From Geosiphon pyriformis uo1 (taxonomy: Eukaryota; Fungi; Glomeromycota), in NCBI GenBank assembly GCA_016748015.1, contig JAAOMT010000760.1:420219-484218 (forward strand): DNA of 64,000 nt, read 5' to 3'. Below, piece after piece: positions 24,061 through 36,924 of the stretch. Each line of letters starts with the position of its first letter. Position 1 is the first letter of the stretch. The translations under genes were made by a program, and so were the position numbers. The notes beneath the pieces were generated by a model. That model had not been told where the DNA came from. It made no database searches and was given only the letters and a program-made list of their open reading frames with translations.

Positions 24061-27000
24061 TTAGATTTGTCTTATTTGCAACAAGCCATCAGCATTTCCA
24101 TTTTTTTTTTATATAATATACTGTATATTTGAATAGTGAAAGTTTTATTTTCTATCTGGCATAGCAGTTATCTCTAAATTTTTGCTTCTGGATTAATGTT
24201 AATCTTTTGTAATCAGTGTATATGTCGAATTTCTGGCTTAAATATTCCTTTTATTTTATAACTGTTCAATAGATAGCTAAGTGTTTTAGTGCTAATATTC
24301 CATAATTCTTTTTAGCTGAACTTAAACTTTGGCTGGTGTATGCTACTGGGTGTTCTCTTCTATCTGGTTTTTTTTGTGATAATACTGTTCTTAATGCTTG
24401 ATCTAATACATTAGTGGTAATAATAAATGACTTATTGTGATCTGAATAGATCAATACTAATGCTTGAATAAGCTTTTTTCTTAAAATATTGAAAGTTTTT
24501 TGTTGTTTTTTAGTCTATTCATATTTTACATTCTTGGCTTAAAGCTGATGGAGTGGTTGAGCCAGTTTAGAGAAATTTTGGATAAAGTGGCAGTAATATT
24601 CAGTAAATTTCAAAAATGCTCATAGTTCCATTAAATTTATTGGTACTGGAAAGTTTTTGACAATTTTAATCTTGTCTGAATCTGTTTTAATGCTATCTTT
24701 GCTTATAACATATTCTAAGAATTTCAATTCTGTTTTGCCAAAAAAGCATTTGGTTGCATTCAGTTTTAATCCTGCTCTTCTTAAACTTTCAAACATTTGC
24801 TGAAAATAATACAAATGATCATTAAATGTTTTTGAAAACACATTAATGTTATCCAAATATATGACTACTAATTTCTATAGCAGTTTAGTATAAACAATTT
24901 TTATAAGTTATTGAAATGTGGTTAAAACATTGGTTAAGCCAAATAACATAACTTCAAATTTGAAATTTTCTTCTCTGGTAGTAAATGCGGTTTTTTTTTT
25001 GTCAGTTGAATTCATGGCTATCTGCCAATAACTATTATCCAAGTCTAATATAAAGAACCATTTTTTCCTTCGAAAGCATCAAATAATTTTTAGATTTGTG
25101 AAATAGAATAGCTGTTTTTATGAGTTATACTATTGAGTTTTCTATAATCCACACAAAAGTGAATTTTTTCATTCTTTTTATGGACTAGTACTATTGGTGA
25201 TGATTATAGATTTATTGATAGTTAAATTAATCTATTGTTCAACATTCTATTAATTTCTTGTTAAATAATCTTATAACTGGCTGGTGGTATTTAGTATACT
25301 CATTGTTTGATTAACATTGCATCTCTAGTCTTGATTTAATGTTGAATGATATCAGTTTTGCCAAATTTATTTTCATTTGCAAAAATATCAGTAAAATTGT
25401 TGAGTAACATTTTGAGCTGCATTTTTTAAAGTGGGTTTAGATTTTCCAAATTCATTTGTTTCAATTGTTCTGGTTGGAGCAAATAACATTTTTCTTGTCC
25501 ATATATTGTTTGTAATATAATATCTATATATATACACAGTTGTGGAAAATCTGGAATGATGCTTGGGGATTGGTTTTTGACTTCAGTGCTTAAATATTCT
25601 ATGGTGGTTTTTTTTAGTATTTTGATAACATCTCCAGTTGTGTTGTGGATGGAAATTTTAATGTGTTTAGGGCTTTTGACTAGTATGTAAAAATTGGTAA
25701 GTTCAATCTTTTTTGATTCACAAATTGTAGTTTCTACTTTAAAAATTTGAGCTTGATCCTTTATTTTCTTTTTTATGACTAATATATACTGGTTATATAG
25801 TGAAATAAAAATTGATTGACAGGTGAAGATAATTTCTTCTTCTGCCATATTAACTGGTATATCTATTCTATCTGTGAATCCAAATTCACTAATCTTTTTT
25901 GCTGTCATTCCTAATTCCTCTTTATTTTTTACTGATACTAGCTAAGCTATTTTAACCAAAGGTAAGAATATTGTCTGTGCTATCTTTTCATTTGGTTCAA
26001 TAATATATTCTTTTCTGAATTATTTTGTAGCATTGCAATAATATTTCCCATATATTCTGTATCAATTATTTCTCTTCTGATGTTGATTCCTTTTTTTGCT
26101 AAACTATTTCTAAATACTAGTTAAACTATTATTGTTGCTGAAATTTTCAGTACTATTTTCAGATCAATATATGTGCACAAATGTGGTTCCAATTTGATGG
26201 CATCTTTTTTGGAATATTTCAAGTCAAACTCTGTATCAATATTATGTGTATATTTTGGCATAATATCTTCATTATTATTGCTAAACTATTTCAATTTTTG
26301 CTTTTTGGATAAATTAAGAAGTGTGATGTATGATTTTGAGTTTAAATCAAAGTCTAAATTATTGTTATTAGTGTTGCCATTTTGGACTGAACTGAAATTA
26401 TTGTTTTCATCATTATTATTAGAGTTTGAATCAAGATTGAACTTTGATTTTAATTTCAAGGCACAGCTGCTGATTGGTTCTTCTTTTTCAGAAATTATGT
26501 AGATCATGCATGGTGGTAGATTATAAATAAGATCACACTTATTACAATACTGAAAGTCATATGATATTAAACAGTAGTCACAAAGGCAAGTATTAAGTTG
26601 TTCTAAATATTGTTCTTGCTCCTTCCTAGTGAGTGCTAATTCTTGATAGTGTTCATGAAATTGTTTGAGATCTATTATGTTGAAGATAATATCTGAATTT
26701 GGAACCCAAATGATTTTTTTCAGTTTTGGTAAGTTGTTTTTGATTATTTTGATTTCTTCTGGTGTTATGTCTTTAATTTTGGTAATTGTCATTCTTTATA
26801 TTTTGTCATTATTGTGTGAACAACTGTTCAGTTGTTTTACAGCTCTTTTCTATACAGCATCTATGAACATTCTTTTTTTTACCTAGTTACTAATCAGAAT
26901 TGTGTATTGACATGATTCATTACATGTTTTTCCATGATTAGGAATGTTATTCCACATCTTTTCATTTAAAAAAGTTTCTCCACAAGCAAAACATGGTTCA

Positions 27001-30000
27001 TTGTCCTATTTTTCTTGCCTTTTTGGTCATTCAAAGTATTCAAGAATGCATAGACAGCAGTAGTATTTGGTAGCCATTGGCCATTTCTCATTGTTACCAC
27101 AATATGTGTTTATTTTTGACAATTTTTTGTCACAATTGATGCAAATTAGTTTTGGCCAATAATACTGTAAATTGGCCTAAGAAGTAATATATAGAATATA
27201 AATAGAAGTAGCAGCTGGAGTGAATTCTTTTTTTTTTTCTTTTTTTCTCATGTAAGTCCCAATGGTAATTTATTGTGTTTTTTTTTAGCTTATAAGACCT
27301 AATACATTTTCCAGATAGGTTTTTTTTCTTTTTCTTTAAACTTGATTAGTGGCTGTTTGTTATTAGTGGTTTTGAAATGACCACATGTAATTAGTACTTG
27401 AATGTTCTGACCATTCTGGCTTAGTTGTAATTCCTGAATATTTTAGTTGAGTACAATATTAGTTTTGAACAGCCAGTCATTACTAATAAGAGCTTGATAC
27501 TATATGATTTTTATTACTAATATTTTAATTGGGACTATAATGCCATTAACTTCAAAAAATAAGTTGTCAATTTTACCAATAGGCATTTTTATTGCTCTAT
27601 TAGCAGTAATAATCTTGGCACTGGCAGTACAATCAATTAAGTAATCTAATTGGTCTATAAGTTGTCATATAATAATGCTGCCAATTGATTCACTATTTAG
27701 AATCAGTTTGATGAACTGACTATTAACTGTGGCATTAATATATATTGCTGTGATAAGTTTTAATTTTAGAATAACTTTACTAAATAAAAGTGTAGAAACT
27801 GGTTCCTCAATCTTGAAAGAAAATATTACAGCAAGTAATTCATTTTCTGTGATGGCAGCTAGCAGGATGTTGTGGATAGATATGATTTGTTCTTAATTAG
27901 TTTTGGATGTGGCTATTTCTAAAGCTACCAAAAAACTTAAGTAGTGTTAGATATTTGGATTTTGGACATAGTTAGTTCCCAAGTTTTGCTGTCAAGATCC
28001 AGTTGACTGAACAGTTAAGCTAGAGATTAGTTGATACATTATCATTGCCAATTGCCAATTCTAACAGATCTGAATAGTTTTCAGTCTTTGGTTTCCAGAT
28101 AACATTTGAGTGAAGTTTTGTAGTAATGTTAAGATAGGTTGAAGTTGATAAATTACTTGTGGTTGCAATTGATAAATAACTGAGACTGGAGTTTAATAGA
28201 TTGAAGATTGATAAATTGGCTATATTACTTAAGCATAATGCAGTTGATGTTGAAATTGTTTGGCTGATTGATTACTGACATAATTCTGGGTTTGAAATTG
28301 TCAATCAGAATTTCAATATTAGTTTCTTAATTATTGGTCATTTAACTATTTGCAACATTTAAATTGTAAATGTTTTTGTTTACTACAATAGTAGCAATTA
28401 TGTGTCTTCTGTTGTCACTGGTGATTAATTGATAATGATAGATGTGATTGATTTTGGATATTATTCATGTTCCCTAAATTATTGCAGCATTGTAGTGATT
28501 AATAAATTGCCTAATTGTTAGTTAAGTATCTCTCTAATTTTTGATTAATGGATTCAGTAAATTGTTTTAGTTTTGAATCCAAATCAGATAATCTGTTCAT
28601 TACTAGATTAATAGCTTGGACATGATTGGCTTTTAATTTAGCTAATTCAAAATCTTTGGCATAATTGACTGTGGTTTGAAGTGTATTTAGGTACATTAAA
28701 TGTATTTATTGCAATAAACTGCTGTATAAGTCTTAGATAAATTGGTTCAATATTTGTGGTGCTGTGAAATAGTCAGTTTCAATTGCCTGAATTTGGCATA
28801 GAGTTCAATAAAAATTTTCCAAGTAAGTAGTAACTGCTTTAGTATTTCTTTGCTTGATAATAGTAAAGCTAGTGATTAAGCAATTAATACTGTTACGATT
28901 GCTAAAATATTGTAGGAATATGACTTTAAACACATTGAAATCTTGTGGTTTGTTTACAAGATTTTGGTATCATGAATCAGCTGTATCTTGAAGAAAATAT
29001 GAAATTGTCTAAAGTGCTTAGGTGTTGTCCCAATTATTGGCTACAATTGTTTTAGTAATATTGTTTAACCATGCTTGGACATTATCTTTTTCACCAATGA
29101 ACTTTTCAATTTTGGTGATTGGTACATATGTCATTGGTACTACTATTGGTTATTGTTGTGGTTATAGTTGAAGTTGTTGTTGCAATGGTAGTTGTGGCTG
29201 TTGTTGTTGTTCAATAATTGAGACAACTGGTGGTGAATTAATTATGATTACTGAAAGTAAGTTTTTAGAAATAATAGGAATGAGTTTTGAATTGTTTTGA
29301 TTTTGCAGAGTTAAAATAATTGAAGTTTGTATTTTTGGGTTTTCTGAGATTGGAGTTTGATAGTTAAATTTCTAATCTTTGTCTTTTTTTTCTTCTGATT
29401 CCATTACTTCCCAAGAATTAGTGGTTCCAAAATTTGGTTGAGATAGTAGTAATTGAAATCCTAATAGTATTGGCGATTGCAATTTAAATCCTTTAAAGTA
29501 ATCACCATAGGTTCTTAATAACTTTGCTTTCTTTTGTTTACTTTGGAACAGAATTCTGTTTAGTAATATTGTTGTGTTTGCTGTAAACATGTCTATTGAT
29601 ATTATATTGATTGTACTTCCAAGTGTGTGATAATATGATGGATTTGCAGATAAATTAGCTTTCTGTTTTTTTCAAATAGATAGTTGTATTTGCTTTGGGG
29701 ATTTGTAATTTTTCTTTGCCTTTTTTTGTGTAGATAATAGAAAATGTTTGTTGAATGTAATTTTCAATTTCTCTGTTGATTTTAGTAATAATTAAGATGA
29801 AGTTGTAGTTTAATGGTAAGCTGGTATATTAGATTAATTTGTTATAGAAATTTTTTCTTGCTAATTCTATATTTACTGGTTCTCCTAAGAAATATTTAAT
29901 TCTTTTGTTAACATAAAAGTTAAAGACTAATTCCACTAATAGTTGGTTGTTGGTTAATTCCAAGTGTTAACAGTAGTATTGAAATAAGAATTTGGTGAAT

Positions 30001-30038
30001 CCTAAATGGTTTGTTTTTCTTCTTTCTGATTCTGCCAC
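24061..30038 (-). pseudogene. gag-PR-Cys-rich-dUTPase-RT-RNase H frame of the D/C chimera
   Basis: RNase H 24266-24454; RT 24620-24856; dUTPase ~25870-26260; Cys-rich ORF 26286-26792; protease (KLILNSESIGSII) ~27700; gag 28511-28696 and 29372-29590. Confidence 0.9.
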
Positions 30039-30100
30039 TTTTGAATAGTTGTTGTTAGTGCTGGTTTTCTGTAGGATTATATCTTACAAAAAGCACCAAA

Positions 30101-30393
30101 TGTTACAGATAATTATTTGAGTGGGTGGAATAAATAACAAATCTGTAACTTGGTACTCAATAACTAAAATAGTGTTGGTATCTAAAGATTTTTATAATCT
30201 GAAAGTTTTGGTTGAGTTCTTTGTATAATAAACAGAAATTTAATAAGTGGTTTCAATAGTCTTTTTAGAATTGTAATTCTGTTTAATTTTTGTTTTCAGC
30301 ATGGTGGCCAGTTTATTCTGGCAGTCATGTTTTTCTGGTAAGCTATCTGTAAATTTTTTAACTTTATACCCTTTCTTTAGAGTTTTTTACCAG
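30101..30393 (-). repeat. 5' LTR of element C, U5-side part (split by element E)
   Basis: Preceded by the reverse complement of the PBS (AAGCACCAAA); colinear with 15032-~15325. Confidence 0.88.
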
Positions 30394-31216
30394 TGTTATT
30401 CATAAAAAGAAAACAGATATAAGAAAAAAGTAGATCAATAAGAGGACAGTAATTAGTATATGAGCATATTGCTCAGCAATATGGAGCAATGTCAGGAAAA
30501 TATGGCACATTGTTCAACAAGGTGAACATTGCTGAAGAAATTATAGCACATCGCTTAAAAATGTAAGCGATTTTGTAGAACCCAAATTATGTATATATAG
30601 TGGTAGCATTAGAAGTAGAAAAGACAGAATTCTTTAGTTAGAGATCTCTCAGTTAGATTTCATTTAAAAGAAACTTTCCAATTCACAATTATTGAATAAA
30701 TAATTATTTTCATATCTTAATTCACTCTTCACTATCAATATTTCATGTTGATAATAACTGCTACTTAACTACACTGAACCAATAGCTCTTGATCATGGCT
30801 ATTGACGGAATACTAACTTATTCATCATCTTGGCTTATTTTCTTTATTTCATTTCCTTTTCATTCCCTTTTAGTTTGTTGTTATTACTAACTCTGTAAAG
30901 AGGATTATCATGCAAAGATACTGATATCAGAATATAGCACTGGTAAAAGACCCAGAAATAAGGATAGAACACTTGATTGAGGATAGCTTACCAGGAAAAA
31001 TACCAGCCATCAAGCTGAGAAAAAAATTGACAAAACTGTGGTTTCAGAAAGCTACGGATAAAACTATTACTACTGAATCTCTGTCTATTATACAAAAGAC
31101 TCAACCAAAACCTTCAGATAAACACACCTTTAGATTTCCAATATTGAAGACAGCTTTGAGCACCACATTATGGGTTTTGTTATTCACTCCAACACCCCAA
31201 GTACTTATCTGTAACA
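30394..31216 (+). repeat. 5' LTR of element E
   Basis: TGTTATT…TGTAACA; colinear with 54462-55363 apart from U3 repeat number. Confidence 0.93.
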
Positions 31217-31236
31217 TTTGGTGCTCCTTGTGAAAT
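31217..31236 (+). promoter_or_regulatory. Primer-binding site (TTTGGTGCTCCTTGTG)
   Basis: Starts 2 nt after the LTR with TGG (complement of tRNA CCA). Equivalent sites occur in B, C and F. Elongator tRNA-Met or tRNA-Thr are plausible primers, not verified. Confidence 0.8.
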
Positions 31237-31277
31237 ATAATCTTACAGAGAACCAGCACCAACAACCCCATTCAAAA

Positions 31278-34200
31278 GTGGCAGAATCAGAAAATGTAGA
31301 AGCAAACCATTTAGGATTCGCAAAATCTTTATTTCAACACTATTGTCAACACTTGAGATTGAACCACAATCAGATATCAGCAGAATCAGTCTTCAATTTC
31401 TATGTCAATAAAAAAATTGCCTATTTGCTAGAAACACTAGTAAACACTGAATCAGCGAGAGAAACTTTTTACCACAAATTAATCTAAAACACCAGCTTAC
31501 CAACAAATTATAATTTCGCATCCATCATCACTAAGATTAATAAAGAAATTAAACATTATACACAACAAAGATACCCAATTACTTATGCAAGTAAAGGCAA
31601 AGGAAAATTACAAACACTGGCAGTAACACCTCAATGGATCCAACCATCCACTTGGAAGAAACACAGAATTGAATTACCTACAAATCCATCATATCATTAT
31701 ACTCCTAAAAGTGCCATTAATATTGCATCAACAGGTACATCTACATCAAATGTGACATCAACATTTGGACGATTTCTATTTCAAAGTAAACAAAAAAAAG
31801 AAGATCTATTAGAATCATATGGCATGTATTTTGAAGGATTCAAATCGAGATCACCAATGCCATTAGGAGTTTAATCACCACCATCTCAACCAGATTTCAG
31901 AATTATTAATCCATGGGAACCAACCGAATTAGAAGAAAAAAAAGAAGAATCTGAAGATCAAGAATTCACTTATCAGAACCTGATTACTAAGAATCCGGAT
32001 ATTGAAACCCAGAATTTTCAGACTCAGCAAGATCAAAATCTAAAAAATCCAGAAATTAAAACTCCACCAAATCAAAATAACCAAAACCCCGACTTAATTA
32101 ATCAACAAAACTTACCTCCAAATATTGTTATTGATTAGCCACCAATTGAACTGATTATTAAACTGATTCAACAGCAGCAAATACCTTTTCAATAGCCACC
32201 ACTACAGCAACTTATCCAGCAACTGGTTTAGCAACTATAACAACAGCTTCAACCACCAATACAACAACAACAACTGATTGCACCAATGGCTTTTGCATTA
32301 ATTACAAAACTTGAAAAGTTCATTGGTGAAGAAGATGACACCCAGGCATGGATCAATAATGTCACCAAAGCCATTACTGCAAATAATTGGGATAATACAA
32401 GAACAATACAAGTCATCCCATATTTCCTAAAGGATACTGCTAATTCATGGTATCATAGCTTGGCCCAGAAACCCCAAAATTTTAATGCATTTAAAATAGA
32501 ATTCCTAAGATATTTCAGTAATAATAACAGCATCAACCACTTGGCAAGTACTTTCACCACCATAAAACAAGGGAACACAAAAGCAGTCACCATTTACTTG
32601 AGATGCTTCCACAGAAATCTGCGCCAAATCCAAGCTATCCAAGCTGATTACTTTACAGCACCACAAATCTTAAATCAGTTCATCAGAGACTTATGCAGCA
32701 GTATCTTCCAATGAGTATGTCCAATGCATTCAGTAGACCTTCCTACCGCAGTCACTTATGCTAGAGATTTTGAAGCTGCTGAGTTAGAAGCCAATCATGT
32801 CCAAGCTGTGAATTTAGTAATGAATAGATCATCTGACTTGGATTCTAAACTGAAACAATTCAGTGATTCCATTAATCAGAAATTAGAGAGATACTTAACT
32901 GACAATTGCCCAATCTATCAACCTCCACAATAACACAGTAATCAGGGAAATGCAAATCATTTTCAAAATCAGTTGTGTCTATCATCATCAACAAATTAGC
33001 TGTGGCAACAAGAAATGTGAATCTGCCACAACTGTGGTAAACAAAGTCACCTTAGAGTCGATTGCTATGCTTATAGTAATTCATGATCAGGAAATCAATA
33101 TTAGAATCCCAATCACCAGTTCCCAACTCCAAATCATTACTCAAATCAAAATCAATATCAATCCACTTACCTGCCAATGACACCACCACCAATTTATTAA
33201 ACACCAGTATATCAATCTCAAATATATCAACCACAGCCACCCATAATATATCAACCACAGCCACAAATAGTCTATCAATTACAACAATTAATTCAAATAC
33301 CACCCCAAAACCTATTTATGATAACATCTGGAAACTCCAGATCCAAAGTAATCCAAAACTGAAGATCAACAATGGTGGTTTACCAACTGATTCCCAGTTC
33401 ATTAAATCAACTATCAAAATCATGTCAGCAGAGTTCAGGAACCAAGTATAACTAAAACCCAAGTTCCCAGAACTACTTAAGTCTTCTGGTTACTTCAGAA
33501 AATGCTGCATCCAGCAAACCAGAAACCAAACAGAAGCCACTTACCAGCAACATTCCACTAGCTGCCAGTATTGAAGACAAATCACTTGCTGCCATATTCC
33601 CATTTGAACTTGAGGGAATCACATTAATTCCATTATTCAGTGGAGCCATTCTGGACACCAAACCAATAACCGCAATGTATACTGATGCCAAAGTTGATGG
33701 TCAGTATATCAAACTGATTCTAGATAGTGGATCAGCTGGCAGCATCATTACCAAACAACTCATGAATTAATTAGGTCACTGAGTTGACAGAGCTGCCAAC
33801 ACAAAAATTATCACAGCCAATAGAGCAACTAAAACTCCTATTGGTGAGATTGATGACTTCTCTTTTGAAGTCAATGGCATCATAGTCCCTATCAAAATTT
33901 TGGTAATGGAAGCCACTCAATACCAAGCCCTAGTTAGTAATGACTGGCTCATTAAAACAAATACAATATTTGATTGGACAATACAAGAGCTTCAACTCAG
34001 CCAAAATGGTCAACATACACATGTACCAGCTACATATGGCCACTTTAAAACCATCAACATGTCAATACTACTTATAGAGTTTGAGGAAAAAGAGAAAAAA
34101 CCTATCTGAAAGGCATATCAAATCTTGTGGGCCGACAAAGATCACAATGAACTACTGCCTATATTCAACTGGAATGACAACAACAATGGTAAAGGAAAAC

Positions 34201-34433
34201 AGAAGGAGACCAAACTTACCTGGAATACTGACTAAGCCTGGAAAACCAACAATGATCAGAACAAACTAACTTGGAAGTGAAAAGAAGATAATAATAAAGA
34301 AAAAGGAAAAGAAAAAGAAAAAGAAACAGCAATTACCAACAATACTTACAGTCCATATACTTATATTATACATTATAAAAAGGAAAAAAACAATGGAAAT
34401 ACCAACGAGTTGTCACAAATAAGACAAATCTGA
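31278..34433 (+). pseudogene. gag-protease frame of element E fused in frame to the last codons of RNase H
   Basis: Capsid-like ORF 32286-32714; knuckle CHNCGKQSHLRVDC at ~33020; protease IKLILDSGSAGSIIT at ~33710; junction at ~34365 to HYKKEKNNGNTNELSQIRQI*. Confidence 0.88.
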
Positions 34434-34463
34434 AAACATTTCAACCCAAAAATATAACAAAAA

Positions 34464-35450
34464 ATGAATACACAAAAATATCAACAACTCTAGTATTATA
34501 TAGATACCCAACAGTTCAAAGAGAAATTATCTTAAAAAAAATGAAACAGCATAAAACAACAATCAAAACATTTTATTAACCACCAAAATATACTTTACCA
34601 GAAAAACAGAAAGAATTCAGATCAACCAACCAAAGTTATTACAGAATCAAAAAAAGAGACAATATTATTTAATATGCACTCAGATCCAACAGCAGGACAT
34701 TTTCACAAAGAAGCAACCATAGAAAAAATCAGAAAAAGATACTATTGGCTGTCAATGTACCCAGACATTATTCAATATATTCAAAGTTGTGATGCTTGTC
34801 AGAAAAGAGGTGGAACAAGACCAAGTGAACCATTAAAACCAATCAAAGTGGGACAATTATTTGATTACATTGGAATCAACTTAGTCAGACCATTAACAAT
34901 TACCAGCAGAAGCAACAGATATATTGCAGTAGTTATGGATTATCTCACTAAATGGCCAGAAGCAAAAGCCATTCAAAAAGCGGATGCAGAATCCGTTGCT
35001 GAATTTGTTTATTAAGATTTAATTTGTTGACATGGATGTCCAAAAGAACTATTATCAGACCAAGGAACTCACTTTGTAAATAGAACATTAGCAGAATTAA
35101 GTTAGAGATTTGGAATTAAAAGACCATTATCATTATCATATCATCTACAAACAAATGGGTTAGTTGAAAGGTTTAACAAAACATTGTGTAAAGCAATTGT
35201 CAAGATCAGTCAAGAAAACCAGGACGAATGAGATTTGTTTATACCATCAGTATTATTTGTTTATTGAACAATGAGACAAGATACTACACAAGCAACACTA
35301 TTTGAATTGGTATATAATAGGACAGCAACATTACCAGTTGAGATAGAGGTCAACACATATCTAACTGAACCAATAACAAAAGCTAATTTCCAAGAAACAT
35401 TGTTGAAAAGAACATATGACTTAATGGAAACACTAGAAAACAGACAATGA
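34464..35450 (+). pseudogene. Integrase ORF of element E, N-terminal and core part (continues 53363-~53750 after F)
   Basis: ATG at 34464; HSDPTAGHF…CDACQ; GINLVRPL; MDYLTKWPEA; SDQGTHF; QTNGLVERFN. Confidence 0.9.
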
Positions 35451-36209
35451 TGTTACAGATAATTATTTGGAGTCTCAAGTCAAATAACAAATCTGTAACT
35501 TGGTGCTTGATTGGTATTCTGGTGTTAATATCTGAAGGTTTTGTTGTGGAGTTTTTTGTATAATGGACAGAGATTTAATTGATGGTTTTATCTATAGTCT
35601 TCCGAAATCGCAGTTTTGTCAATTTTTTTTCTCAGCATGGTGGCTAGTAATCCTTCTGGTAAGCTATCCTCAATTCTATAAGTGTTCTACTCTTGTTTTA
35701 TGAGTCTTTTACCAGTCACTATGACGTCTATATCTCAGCGCTTTAATCTTCAATCAATTAATATACAACAATAAATCAAAGAAAGAAAAAAAAGTAAAAG
35801 AAAAGAAAATAAAGAAATGAGCTAAGACAATATACAAGTTAATATTCCGTCAATAGCCATGATCAAGGGCTATTGTTCCAGTGAGGTTAAGTATTAATTA
35901 CTATCAACACTTCATGTTGATAGTGGAGAATGAATTGAGATAGTGAATAATTATTTATTAATATTTGTGATGTGGAAGATTTCTAACTGATAGATTCTGT
36001 TCTTTCTACTTCTAATGCTACTGCTATATATACATATTTGATGTTCTACAAGATTGCTCATATTTTCAAGTAATGTGCTATGATTACTTGAGCAATGTGC
36101 CATGATTTTTGTTATTGCTCTACATTGTTGAGCAATGTGTTCACATGCTATATACTATTCACTTATTGGTCTACTATTTCTTTATATTTTTTTTTTTTTA
36201 TGAGTAATA
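35451..36209 (-). repeat. 3' LTR of element F
   Basis: TGTTACAGAT…GAGTAATA plus PPT; matches 52498-53358. Confidence 0.93.
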
Positions 36210-36223
36210 TTATCTCCTTTTTT

Positions 36224-36858
36224 TTAATATTGAGCTCCATCGAAATCTTCATTCTGAATTAATTCCAATACTTTTTTTTTAGTATTGTTTGTTTAACTTT
36301 CTTTTTCATGTCTTCTACTTATATATTGTTCATTCTTCCCTATTGGTTAATAGTTATGGTTTTCATGTCAGAGTGTAACAGTATTTCTGGATAGTTCTGA
36401 AATATGTTGTGTAGTCAGTATATAGTTTTAACGTGTAGTGTTAAATTTGTTTTTTTTCCAATAAATTCTTCAATTTGTTGTATTATGTCTTAGTTGAATA
36501 CTCTCTTGAATTTGTCAATATACAACTCCTAAATATTCAACTTTCAACCTAACTGGTAGTAATAGTACAATATTGGAAGTTGTTCTGTTTATTGCTTCTA
36601 ATTCTTTTTTTTAAGTTTTTCTGTTGGTGCCATAATAGGTATTTTCCCAAAAGTGTTCTTTACTTTTTCTATTATGTTATCTGACCAGTTTTTATCATTC
36701 TTTGGTAACTACTAGTATGATGTATTCTTTGTTTTTTTTTTGGTGTTTTGATAGCAAATTGTTTGGTTGCTAAGAATAATTTCCATATCCAGATGTTATT
36801 GACTTAAGGTTTGGAATAATTGCTAAGCTATAGTGTAAATATAATCTGGTATTTCTAT
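36224..36858 (-). pseudogene. ORF3 of element F
   Basis: Colinear with 53813-54448; ends FDGAQY*. Confidence 0.82.
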
Positions 36859-36924
36859 TTTATCTTGGTTGCTTTTGTTACATATACTGTGTCTTTATAT
36901 ACTTTTTTGAGTTGTTTAATTTGA

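Noticed and set aside
33083-33451. Ser/Thr-rich overlapping ORF (also 50243-50725)
   Set aside because: Alternative-frame reading of the Gln/Pro-rich gag-PR linker (CAA/CCA repeats); no independent support.
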